A DNA stretch of 47,675 nt, filler included, from Porpidia crustulata (taxonomy: Eukaryota): NCBI GenBank assembly GCA_964255105.1. It is 2 parts of 2 records of this genome, joined end to end, with 100 filler letters (N's around TTAATTAATTAA, not from the genome) between each part and the next. Parts side by side here need not be neighbours in the genome. Positions count along the whole stretch, not along the records: positions 1 to 23,806 come from CAXUWE010000067.1; 1 more part is not named here. One strand, written 5' to 3'. How positions within the stretch are numbered: position 1 is the stretch's first letter; each line of letters begins with the position of its first letter. Both the position numbers and the translations under genes were made by a program. Positions 1 through 11,472 of this stretch are shown here, piece after piece. Under the pieces are notes generated by a model that had not been told where the DNA came from, did no database searches, and saw only the letters and a program-made list of their open reading frames with translations.

Positions 1-635
1 CCCCACATTTCTACCTCATCCTCCTCCCCTTCGCCACCTACGTCGGCTTCTTCAACTCCCTCTCCTCCCTCCTCACGCAAATCCTCACCCCCTACGCCTT
101 CTCGGAAACCCAATCCGGCATCGCCGGCGCCCTGCTCATCCTCGTCGGGCTCGTCGCCGCAGCCGTCATCTGTCCCGTCGTCGATCGCTCAAAAGCCTAC
201 CTGCCCGTCATCAAAACCCTCGTGGCCGTCGTAGCGGTGTGCTATCTCGCATTCATCTGGGCGCCGCCGACGCGCCACATCGTCGCGCCCTACATCATCC
301 TATCCGTCCTCGGCGCCGCGAGCTTCAGCATCATGCCTGTAACGCTCGAGTGGTTGGCCGAGGTCACGTACCCCGTGGGCCCCGAAGCGTCGAGTGTGGT
401 CTTGTGGACCGGAGGACAGCTGCTGGGTGGACTTTTCATTGTCATTAGTGATGCCCTGAAGGCAGGGAGCGAAGGGACGCCGCCGTTTCACATGCAGCGG
501 GCGCTGATTTTCGAGGCCGTGATTACAATGACGGTGGCGCCGAGTGTATTTGCGCTGGGATGGGTTGGAGGTAAAATCACGAATCGCAGGCTGGATGTTG
601 ATAAAGGGAGGACGGACATTGAAGTGGCGAATTAG
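1..635 (+). CDS. MFS transporter (FLVCR/MFSD7-like), C-terminal part, 5'-truncated by window edge
   Basis: Frame is open from base 3 (PHFYLILLPFATYVGFFNSLSSLLTQILTPY...) into ORF 222-635. Several hydrophobic helices; PVTLEWLAEVTYPVGPEASS motif typical of FLVCR-like MFS proteins. Confidence 0.8.
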   Translation, partial: PHFYLILLPFATYVGFFNSLSSLLTQILTPYAFSETQSGIAGALLILVGLVAAAVICPVVDRSKAYLPVIKTLVAVVAVCYLAFIWAPPTRHIVAPYIILSVLGAASFSIMPVTLEWLAEVTYPVGPEASSVVLWTGGQLLGGLFIVISDALKAGSEGTPPFHMQRALIFEAVITMTVAPSVFALGWVGGKITNRRLDVDKGRTDIEVAN

Positions 636-1376
636 GGTGCGTACACACAAGGTTCTCGGGTTTAATTGGGGTGTTGGTATCTCCATGTTATCGTCGGCGA
701 GGGCAACGGAATAATGTTTTCGGGCGAAAATGGGCATTGGGTCTGAGCCGGCGACCAGTACGCTCGGGTGAAGCGCAGGATACTTTTATTGTCAATGGGA
801 ACGCGGAAATGGATGGCCAACGATGTAATGGCATGGACATCTCATACGGCGTTTATGATATCTGCCTCGTTTTTCTTGCACTTCTTCCTTTGGATATAGC
901 CAACGTATCAGTCAATATAACGCAAAAGAAATGAAAATATTTGAGCGCTCTCAAGGCGCAGATAACAAGGAAAGACATCGTCAAGGTAGCAATCTGGATC
1001 TTAAGCACATGAAAGCGTTCAACAGTATGACCCAGGCAAATATATCTCAGTTGTTAGGTTGCTGGTGCACACAACCACCACAGGGGGAACGATATTTTCC
1101 AAGATGCATATTGATGATACACTCTATTTCGACCTTCCGCGTATGACAACTCTGTATGAATGCAAACCCCCTTCCACTTCGGCACACGATAGAATTACAA
1201 TCTAGGATGCAGAAATGTCCCCCGAGCAAGCGTGGCTTGCTCAGGGCAAACCCGCGAAGAACACTTGTATATACAACAATGCAGGATCCAAAATCTCTGA
1301 TACTTGAGCAGCTAGGTAGTATGCCTCTCTCTCTGTTTCCCCTCTTTTTCCGCGCGCTCCCGGAGCGGGTTTCGTT

Positions 1377-2220
1377 TTACTTCAGCATGCGGAAGAGCTT
1401 TGGCGCTGCACATTGGGTTGCGCAGTGGGAGAGGTGGAAGACTGAACCGGTTAGCCGGAGCTTACTTCTTCAATATATCATTTCCTTCTCCGTTTCTCCG
1501 GGGGTCTCTTATTTCAGCGGCGCCCTACCCCCAACTCGACATATGCCTCCGAAATATAGAGATCAGAGGGACGGGACTGCAGACTCACATTCCTCGACAC
1601 AATCCTCCTTGGGCCCCTTATGATCTGGGTTCTCGTGCTGCTGCGTGACGCGCTCGACGCACTCGTCGTAGTGGTGCTTCAGAGGGGCGCATTGGGCTGA
1701 GTGGGCGCATTCTATGTTTTAGAGATGGAGTTGTTAGCAAAGAGTTCCATCGATCTCGGGGAGGTCTGTGAAAATTGGGGGGTAGGTGTAATGGATTGCT
1801 GTACTAGAGATAGAAAAAGGACGACATAGCAATGCAATGGAGTGGATCGGTACGAAAAATTTGATCCATATGCCATTGATGCAGTTCACGATACACCAAC
1901 CAAATATCCAAGTAAGAATAGTGAATTAGCATACCCTCCTCTAATTTCGGCTTGATATCCTCCGGCTCCTCCTCCTCTTCCTCCTCTTCCTCTGGCTCCT
2001 CCTCCGACTCGTCGCCGGCCTCCTCCTTCTCCTCGCCCTTGTTTTCTGCCTCCTCCTCTTCCGTGTTTTTTTCTTCCTCTTCTCCTGCCTCCTCACCCTT
2101 GTCCTCCCCGCCCTCTTCTTTTCCCTCAGTCTCTTTTTCCTGAGAGGCCGGAGCGTCGGCGTAGGCTTCCGTAAAAGATATGGACGCGTAGAGGTCGGAT
2201 AGAAGATCCGTGAGGCCCAT
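1377..2220 (-). CDS. QCR6: Ubiquinol-cytochrome c reductase subunit 6 (hinge protein), 3 exons
   Basis: ATG 2220 (MGLTDLLSDLYAS) and a Glu-rich tract. GT-AG intron 1934-1712, exon 2 ECAHSAQCAPLKHHYDECVERV...EDCVEE, second intron, exon 3 FFHLSHCATQCAAPKLFRMLK, TAA 1377-1379. Confidence 0.93.
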
Positions 2221-2585
2221 TGTGACTGACTGGACGGTACTCAGATAGGTAATTGAGGATCGGGGAGAGGTTACCGGGCTGGAAAGGTGGAGGGAGTAAA
2301 AGAAAGTTGTGACGGAAGGGACTTGCCGGGTGAGTCGAGGGATTTTGATTGGCTGGCGGATACTGCCCCGGAGGACTTGGCGGGCCAACTTCATGCATTG
2401 ATGTTTACACCAACATTTGAACAAGATCATTTACTTTTAGAAATGTCTGAGCATTATTGAGATATACGAAGTACGGTCTGGATTCATCCCCTGCTTTGAA
2501 ATGCGTCAAGCACTGTCAATGCCTTAAAACTCCTTACAATGCCAACCCTAACGCCAACGCTCAAAAGGTAACGGCTATTCCTTTC

Positions 2586-3540
2586 TCAATCTGCCTTCCT
2601 GATACTCTGCTCCAGATTGTCGGCTATGCTATTCTGTTGAGTTTCTTCATAGCCTGGAGGTGGCTCATTTGGCGGTGGAACATTGTCGACAGCGCTAGCC
2701 GTTGAAGGGTTTGCGTGATGTTGGTCATTAGACGAGACTTCTGCCCTACTTCCCCTAATTGAATTCTCAGGAGCCATCGTGCTCGATATCGGTATTGGTC
2801 GTTGTAGTACAGGTCCGGTGGTCGCCTCTTCATAGGCAGGGAGTTGCTCCAAATTCATGCTAGACAAGTCGACAGCAGAGGGTCTTCCACTTTCAACCGC
2901 CATACTTACTGCCTGAGACAATGTTTCTTTTATTCGCTCGTATGTTGATGCAAAATCAAATGCCCCACCCTCCTTAAAGGTCATCTTAAGCTCAATATGC
3001 GCATGATGCGGCAGTATTCCTCCACCAGTCACAGGTCTTAATATTCCAGTCCAGCCGTTCGCGCCGAAGAAAGGGGCTTGCACATGAGTATCTTGGAGAT
3101 TTAGAATCGGTACCGAAAAAGATTGGAGTTGCGCCGATGGGACAGTAGGTAGGTAAACGATCTAGAGCTCAATCCTATTAGCTATCGTAATAGAGCTTCA
3201 AACAAGTAACAAAAGACTCACCCGCTGGTTCGTAACATAAACCGTGCCCGCACTGCAATTTATAGCTACTGGTTCCTTGCCTGGATATTTGCTTGGAGTT
3301 GACAGGGTTAACGATGTTCGGGGTGGCGAGGTAAAGAGTATGGTTTCTCGGGGTAGGTGTACAAAGTTTTGGCGTCCATCGAGCATCACCCAACTGTAAA
3401 TCTTAGCGCATTACTTTGAAGCACCTTGACTTTTACTCAAACTCGAAAGTGGTGAAGGTAGAGTTAATTGAGACGAACAGCCTGTAAGTATTTGGAAGAG
3501 AAGGAAAAATGGGCAAAAGATCCACTAACTTTAAAGACAT
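2586..3540 (-). CDS. WW-domain-binding protein 2-like (GRAM/PH-like domain plus PPxY motifs), 3 exons
   Basis: Spliced start MSLN|WVMLDG; GTVYVTNQR; QAPFFGANGW; FKEGGAFDF; LPAY and PPPGY motifs near the C-terminus. Confidence 0.8.
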
Positions 3541-4655
3541 ATTTATTTGCCCACCCCTCCGGAGAGAGTATCAAAAACTCCTCTAGAATGCCTTGAGAAA
3601 ACAATACACCGATAATACACTCTCTAGTTCCCTCTTCCAGAATGTGATGTCAGGGACGACAAATTCCGAGCAGGCGTAAGGATGACAAATTGAGATTAGT
3701 TGCACCCAAGAATTTCTGAGATCAAAGGGATGCCTTGCAACTCTCCAAGCTTTTAAGCTTTTGGTAGATAAACTGCTAAAATCAGTATTAGTGGTGAAGA
3801 CGAATCTGAAGGAGGTCCTTTCATAGATTTACCACGTGGATGGTCTTCGAAATGGAAGCCCACTTCAATGATGCAGTACTTAGTCATCATCACATGCTCC
3901 AAAAGCAGCATGCTGTTGAAGGAAAAAATGGCATTGGGCATTATCTAATTTGCAACAACACCAGTTCTTCGACCGCCTTATTATTTAGACACGCAGGGGG
4001 AAGAATAAGACTAACCCAGCAAAATCGATAATGAGAATCCCTCAAATAATTTATCTGTTTAACCCGTTGAGCTGTTGTTGCTTCACGATTGCTAGTGATT
4101 GTCTGGTGTCTTTCAGATAAAATTCCATCGTGACGGGGATCCCTGAATGCCGCTCATGGCCCAATTTCATTTTTTTTTCAATCGCATGCTAGAATGCTAG
4201 GGTAGCCTTGACCTGCGCTGGTGTATCAGATAGGTCTGCGCCCTCCATAGTAAATGGACGATTTTCGTATTCGAATCACAATGGCATGGCGCGAAGCAAA
4301 GAATACAAGCAGATCAGTTGGGGGATGAGGAAGGCTGAGAGAGGTAGCTTTTATTCTATCGTACAGCAAGGACCCCCCAAAGCTGCCAGCTTACCCTACC
4401 GTAAATGCGAATGCCCGTAGGCAGAACGTTGGTTATGACCTATCCATTCCTTCTATGATATCAAAGCGCTGTAACGACACCGTCTATCCGTGAATATAGT
4501 GCGAGGAGGTGGAGCGAGGATTTGAGAAGAGTTGAGGATGCGCTAAAGCCAGAGCGCCAATGCAGATAGATTGCAGCTTTTGACCATGAAGATTGCTTAC
4601 CATCATTGTGATATCCATATGATGTGGGACAATATCTGTACATGTAAGATCGCAT

Positions 4656-6014
4656 TTACATGATGATAGCCGGAACTAAGCCAAAGTCAGTGCCGCCTTT
4701 GTCGCGAGTTACGAAATTGCGAGGACTTCTTACCATCAATGTTCTGCTTTATTGATTTGTGAGGTAGGATAGATCCTCCGTTAACGTAGATCTCATCGCC
4801 AACTGTCACATCATCTCCAAGCACCGATACATTCTCGAGTCGTGCCCACTTGCCGATTGAGCTATTCCACCCAACAATAGTCGATTTCACCCAGGCGTGG
4901 TCTTTGACTCTACAATTGGCGAGAAGGACAGAGCGTTGTAAACGAACGCCGTCGCCAACAATAACATTCGGACCAATAGTCACATTAGGGCCAATCCGGC
5001 AATTCTTTCCAATCTTTGCCGACGAGTCGACAAGTACGTTTCCGCCGTAGACGTAGGGCTCCGATGTGGAAGTAAGCTTTTTTGAACCTTTCTTAGTGAG
5101 TGAAGCTAGGTAGAGACAAGTGCCGCTCAAGAAGTCTTTCGGCTGCCCGACATCCATCCAAAAACCTTCTAGGTCAAATGAGTGCAATTGGCCGTCTTTA
5201 CAGATCGCAGGGAAAATTTCTTGTTCGATGGATGTAGGTCGAAGCTCGATGCGTTTAAGGACGCTCGGGTTGAGGATGTATATTCCAGCATTGATCCGAT
5301 TACCCACGAATTCCACTGGCTTCTCGACGAATCGGTCAATTCGAGATGCATGTCCTGGTTTGTGCACGACTACTCCGTACTTTGAAGGTTCTTCGACTTT
5401 TGTTACTACGATTGTTCCCTCTTCACCATGCGACTTGTGAAACTCCGCTAGCTGGTGGAATGGGTAGTCGCAGATTACATCGGCATTGAGGACAAAGAAT
5501 GGCGAGTCATCCTTGCCGAGTGTCTTCTCCGCTAGTTTCAAAGGGCCAGCCGTTCCAAGTGGTTCCGTCTCAATGGAGAATTCAATGTTGACGTTGTACA
5601 ACTTCTCGTACTAGGCAAACACTTAGCATTTTTGTATCTATGAAGCAGAGAGTCTCTCATCTCAACGCACCTTTTTCAGCGCTGCCGCCATGACCTCTGG
5701 CCGATAGTTGACAGCCAAGACAATGTCAGTCACACCGGCAGCCGATAGATTCTCCACTTGATGCTCAATCATGGGCTTGTTCGCAAATTCAACCAAGGGT
5801 TTGGGGAGCGTGAGGGTCTGCTGGCAGTCAGAAAATTTGAAGTCAATCGACATTCCACTCTGAGCAAGTGCCCAGACTCTGGCACTTGGTGTGAGTAGAG
5901 CCGTACCAGAGGCCGAAGACGAGTCCCATACCCGCCGACCAGGATAAGAGCTGTAGAGCCAAGCATCAGACAGAATTACCACAATGACGCATCGTATTCA
6001 ACCTTACCTTTCAT
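4656..6014 (-). CDS. MPG1: Mannose-1-phosphate guanylyltransferase (GDP-mannose pyrophosphorylase), multi-exon
   Basis: 7-nt first exon ATGAAAG|GTAAG, then [55 protein letters not shown] and a hexapeptide-repeat tail. Last exon VPAIIM* ends at 4656. Confidence 0.97.
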
Positions 6015-6691
6015 TATTCAAATCCGTCAAGCGTCCTCGAACAGCTCGCTTAGCGCTCGGATTCAGCTGTGTTAATAGCGTAGTAATAACTCAAATGAGT
6101 GTATCTGTCAGATGTCGCTCTCGGGATGACAAACGTGGAATTTTGAAGCACGGCGGAGGACGTCTGGTCTTATGAAAAGAGCGTAAGATGAGTGAGTTTA
6201 GGACACGTTCAGGATACGAGTTTTGGGTCTGGTAAGGAAAAGCATAGCGTAAAACCCGAGCAAATATTTAGGGCCGCCGATATGATCGACAGTGCATTAC
6301 ACCCGTGGGCCTTAGCTAGGAGCTGGACCATCAATCATATCCATCTGTCAAACTCCCCACTATCTCCCTTAAGGAAAGAAGTAGATCAGTGAAAGCTCTG
6401 TGTCTGAAGTAGTGAATACGATACAAATAGTCAGACATATCACTTAGCAATACCACATTTTCGTTACTAATTGATTAAGGATCTCTTTTTTATGCGGTGC
6501 TATGAGTGCGCCATTATCGAGTATCAGTCCAATGAACAGCATAATTCTTTGATGTATGGAGAATTTATATTTCAGACAAATAGCGTCACTTTCCACATTC
6601 CTTTGAAATTGATCCCAGAGCCACAAAATTGTATATCTACAGTGTTAACATGCTGTACCGAGGGCTCCCTCGGCTGGTCCTCAAATCAAAG

Positions 6692-8631
6692 TCATTGCCA
6701 TCTCTCGTCCCAATCTGATCTAGACCCGCGAACATTGCCGACCCTTTGCTGCTTAAGTAATGAGATATTCCCTGCTTTCTGCTCATATGCCGGGAAGCGT
6801 AAGGCATCATTCTTGGGATTCCATTTGGCGACCACATCTGCATCTATATCAGCTGTTTTCGTAGGTCCACATCTATAGACTGGATCGGGGTGTTGGTCCA
6901 AAATAGCGACCATATCTATCTGAACGACCTTATCCTCGACTCCGGCATACCAGCTCGGCGATGAAGGAGAAGGAGAAGATAGAGAGTACACAGGAGAGTC
7001 TGATACTTGATACCCCTTTCTGTTACCGCGGTAATCGAGGAAGACATTCCAGTCCAAACGGCTTGGAACTTTATACTGATCATTGCAGCAAGTGGACTGA
7101 GTCACGCAGGAAGCTTTTGAAAGGCTAGGAGAAGTAATGGAAGAGCAAATATCAAATTTTGCGGCATGATAAACCTTACTACCTGGCATCCGGAGATCGA
7201 AAACTTTGAGTGTGGAGTGACGAGCGCCACCAGCGACGAAACGCTCTCGCCCAAACGACATCAAGGAGTAGATTGCGGAGCCGGCGTCAACAAGATCAAT
7301 GAACGAGGCTACAGTCGGGGATGGCGAGCGAAGATCATGAAGTCTAGATGAAAACCTGTCAGCTTACTTTCCTGAACTAACCGTCCGAAAATGGATAAGG
7401 AATCGTCGATGGATGGATGGATTGTTGTAATATCCGCCACATACCGAGTAGTACCATCATATGCCCCAGTCAAAAATAGATCTCCTTCAGCACCTCCGGC
7501 CGAAGAGGATGATGTGAGTGGTGCGATCGAGTAAATTGTCGAAGTTACATTTGCTACACAGTCTAGCTTGTCGAGTCGATTGTCTGTAGCTGGAGCGCAT
7601 ATTGCGAATTTTCGAGGAGATCCTGTTGAAACACTACCATGCCCGAGTTCATAAACATGGAGAGATTGCTTATGAGGACCAAGCCCTACCGCAAGCCGGT
7701 CATGACGTAAAAATTTTGCGGACCAAGTTCGACCGGACTGTCCTGCGAGAATTGCAGAGATGTTCCCCACTGGTTCTAAAAGAGATTGAGCTAGATGGAA
7801 GGAGAAAAATGAGATTGTGCTGTCCGCCACACATACGGCTATGAGCGGATCTGGGCTTGAGTTCACACTGGCGGACCGCACAGGTCTTCCCATTTTGAGC
7901 CCAGTCACTTCAGAGCTTTGTGAGTTGGTCCTGGAAGCCTTTACGATGCCGAGATGGCCACTTGCTCTCCCGACCACTATATAATCTGAATTGGTCGTGG
8001 TTTTCTGCGAGGGCCGCAGCATATTCACGGATATAATGTCATCCCTGCCCTCGGCCACGCTAGCCTTCCTGTACACCATCCACTGGGTCATGTGTTGGTG
8101 CTGGTCGAAGAGCTCGTGATTTGTATCCAGAACGCGGGATTCCTGATACGCTCTCTCTGCTTCTATTCCCATGCTCTTGGTTCGTACCACAAGGTCTGCG
8201 CCGGCACCCCAAGTCAAAACTTCCTTCCTCGAACTCCAACCTTCACTATGCCAGTCAATATAACTGTCGATCACGGGCTGATATCCCATGGTCTGTGCTC
8301 TTCTTATTGGCCGCAAGCCAGACTTTATTCCATGATACGACAGCTTTCTTCCGCGATCGTTGGGAATCAGACATCTTGCAATGAGAGCTTTGCGTTCCCA
8401 GGCTCGCGATAGCGTAGTCAAGGCATGCGCAGCATCTTTCCAATACGGTGGCGTCTGTATAGAAGGAAACTGGGTTTGTACAAATACCCGATACCCATCT
8501 CTCTCAATGTAATCGCAAATCCTCCTGCAGGTTAGAGATAGGTTTAGCAATGCACGAGCAAAATCCAAGTGGGATATTATCTGTGATAGAAGCTCTGGTG
8601 GTAGCTCATCAAGTGACCTTCCCGCAGCCAT
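6692..8631 (-). CDS. F-box protein with degenerate WD40-like beta-propeller, 2 exons
   Basis: N-terminal F-box LDELPPELLSQIISHL...LSLTCR. An intron at ~7346-7444 joins GAYDGTTR to LHDLRSP and then GARHSTLKVFDLR. Confidence 0.8.
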
Positions 8632-8801
8632 TGACAAAGCACTGTATCTAGCTCGGACGTTGATATGCCGCTCGGTAGCTTCACATAAAAGACCCTCTGA
8701 ATATGAACGCCATTGGATTCAATTTATGATACACAATGGGCCTGTGATGATCATCCGAGATCAAACCCTAAGACACTTACCCATCCAAAACACTAGCACT
8801 T

Positions 8802-10317
8802 ATGGCAATGCATGCTGCAATATCCAATCTATCGTTGAAGCATCCTCTAATATCGCTGATAACATTCTTCACAATTTGGAAGACCTGCCTCCTAGTGGTC
8901 GCACTCTTAGCCCCGGGCCCGGGCTATGACACCTCCACAAGAATACTCTTCTCTGAAAGCAATGATTCCAGCCAATTAACGCTCCCGAATCTCATAGTAT
9001 TTCGCTTTAGCAATTTGGTCAGATGGGATGCCATATATTTCACCCAAATCGCTCATCGCGGGATCGCGTTTGAACAAGAATGGGCATTTGTTGGATGGGG
9101 TGCTACCAAGCTTTTAAGGCTGATCTCTTCAGGTATCCAGACTATTACGTTAGAAATGGACGAGAATTAATCCCTGTAAGGCATTCGAGGCATTACATTC
9201 ATCAGGGATAGCTATAATGAAGCTTTAGCTGGTATTCTGTTAGCTCATGGTTTCCACTTCTTGTCTACGCTTATGCTATATCGCTTGTCTTCGCACATCA
9301 ATCCAAATATGCCCGGTGTCGAATCTTCTAGGTTCGCCTTCCTCACAGGAATCCTTCATATCATATCTCCCGCCGGATTGTTTCTGTCTGCGCCATATGC
9401 CGAAAGCCCTTTCTCATTTCTGAACTTTACTGGTTTCTTTTTCTATACAAGAAGCCATCAGATTCGGCTCCAAGGTAGAGATGGGATACCTGACTTACTG
9501 CTTCTGGCTTCGGGTATCACTTTCGGTCTGGCCAGCGTGTTGCGGAGTAACGGTCTTTTGAGCGGCTTGATATTTTGCTACGAGGCTGTTAATGGTATCT
9601 TGGCACTTTCTCAGCTCAACAACTTCGGTAGAGGTCTTCGACGACTACTTCTCATTTTTATGGCTGGCAGTATAATGGCTCTCGGACCATTTTTACCACA
9701 ATACCTAGCGTATAGGCAATACTGCGTCCCTACGGAGATTATCCAGGATAGAAGACCATGGTGCTCAAACTGGGTACCAAGTGTATACGCTTGGGTACAA
9801 GAATTCTACTGGTAAGACCGAGAAGTCCTACCTGCTTCCTAAGCTGACAAAATCTAGGGATGTTGGGTTCCTCAAATACTGGACTATTTCCAATATCCCT
9901 CTATTCTTACTAGCGGCCCCTATGCTATACATACTCATCTGGTCCAGTATGTGGAGTTGTGGGTTGGACAAGATAGCCAAGACTAGATTGAGTGGGATGA
10001 CTGCAAGTGAAGCTGAAGACAAATTCCAAAAACTTTCATCAGCTTCGTCTAGCAATAGAGAGATCCTATCTCGCATCGCAGTACCGCAGGCTATGCTTGC
10101 TATTCTTGCATTGACAAACTATCATGTTCAGATCATCACTCGGCTCTCCTCCGGCTACCCTGCTTGGTACTGGTGGTTGGCAAGTATGGTTACCAACGAT
10201 TACAGCCCGCAGATGCTCAATGCAAAGTGGACACGGGCCGAAAAAATGATAAGGTGGATGATAGTCTATGGACTCGTACAAGGAGCTCTATTTGCAAGCT
10301 TCTTGCCGCCCGCATAG
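8802..10317 (+). CDS. GPI18: GPI mannosyltransferase 2 (PIG-V family), 3 exons
   Basis: VRWDAIYF, FEQEWAF, SPAGLFLSAPYAES, RSNGLL, WDVGFLKYWT..NIPLFLLA, HVQIITRLSSG, C-terminal FASFLPPA. Introns ~9133-9180 and ~9812-9857. Confidence 0.95.
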
Positions 10318-10399
10318 GCCCTTTAACCTTTCAAGTGGATATCATTGAAGTCTGCGAAAGGTCCAACATTCACTGATAACATGAATCAGCACTCGACCT

Positions 10400-10429
10400 G
10401 TCATCGCACTGGTTGTCATCGCACTGGTT
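10400..10429. repeat. 15-bp tandem duplication in the GPI18 3' region
   Basis: GTCATCGCACTGGTT twice in tandem. Confidence 0.75.
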
Positions 10430-11472
10430 TTGTTACATCCAAGTAGACACCTTGAAAATTGCAATGGCCTCAAACAGACTACACGATCGGCAAAGAAATT
10501 GTTGAATAACGTAAGAAACGTAGCTATCGCGAAATAGGCATATAACAAGCGAATAAGGACACTCCTTCATTTTTATGAAGAGCACGACACTGGCGCCAAT
10601 TTTCTATGGAAACGGGCGGAGCGGGCTGTGGCCTCTCGCCACAACAGTGAACAAAAGATGGAATTTGTCAGCTAGTCCATTTATGAGACGTGGCACAAGA
10701 TATCTTGCACGCGTCGCTGATGCCTAAGAAGTGAAAGCTGTTTAAGACTCAAAAATTGAATCGCCTATATAATTAAAATGCATTCGTAGGAGATAACCTG
10801 TACACCTATACCAAACCAACGCTCAGGTTAAGTTTCGCTTTTGGGACTATCGCATCTTCCATTACTGGCAAGGACTTCGATCGTTCCTCGTTGAGAACAG
10901 AGCTTGGCATACTCTGTATCGTGGCGGAGCTCATATCCGCCGCCACTACTTCGAGCCTTCGAGACTTATTTCTTTAAAGCGATCGTCTTCCACAGTATCA
11001 GGTGGTATTATGGGAAGAACACTCTCTCCTTGCAAATTTGCAATTCTGGACAACAAACTATCCGCCACCCTCGCGTTCGAGTACTAAGGTGGTAGGAGCG
11101 GTACCTAGGTAAGTTAAGGTAAGGCTGATATATGACTAAGCATAGCATACTCATTATATTATCCCGTCAAGTCAATAGTGATTATCGTTGGGGTTACTAT
11201 ACTACATTTATGGCCTGAGAAGCTTTTCTTGAGCTCTATCTCGAAAAATTCATCTTCAAATACTAAGCAGGAAACTAGATTGGTCAGCCCGGAATCCCCT
11301 GCGTCACGTAAGTCCTGAATCTTCTATGAGAGCTCCGTTACTCCAGCTTCAATCCATTGCTTTTCAAGTCGGAAGACACTTTACTGACTACTTTGACCAG
11401 CCACAGATTCTCCGGAAGTTCGGCCGTCATAAGAACTGGCGCTCATAGTTCATTTGGCTGCTTTTGTTGGCC

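Noticed and set aside
1712..1934. Long QCR6 intron as a possible snoRNA host
   Set aside because: No convincing C/D or H/ACA boxes; only a weak GGATC/GATCC stem.
1952..2143. Poly-Ser ORF on the plus strand
   Set aside because: Antisense shadow of the Glu-rich QCR6 tract.
3640..3720. C/D-box-like GTGATG...CTGA pair upstream of the WBP2-like gene
   Set aside because: Imperfect C box, no terminal stem and no recognisable rRNA guide.
10620..10700. GTGGC motifs as Rpn4/PACE sites for BLM10
   Set aside because: No exact GGTGGCAAA match, and about 800 bp from the start codon.
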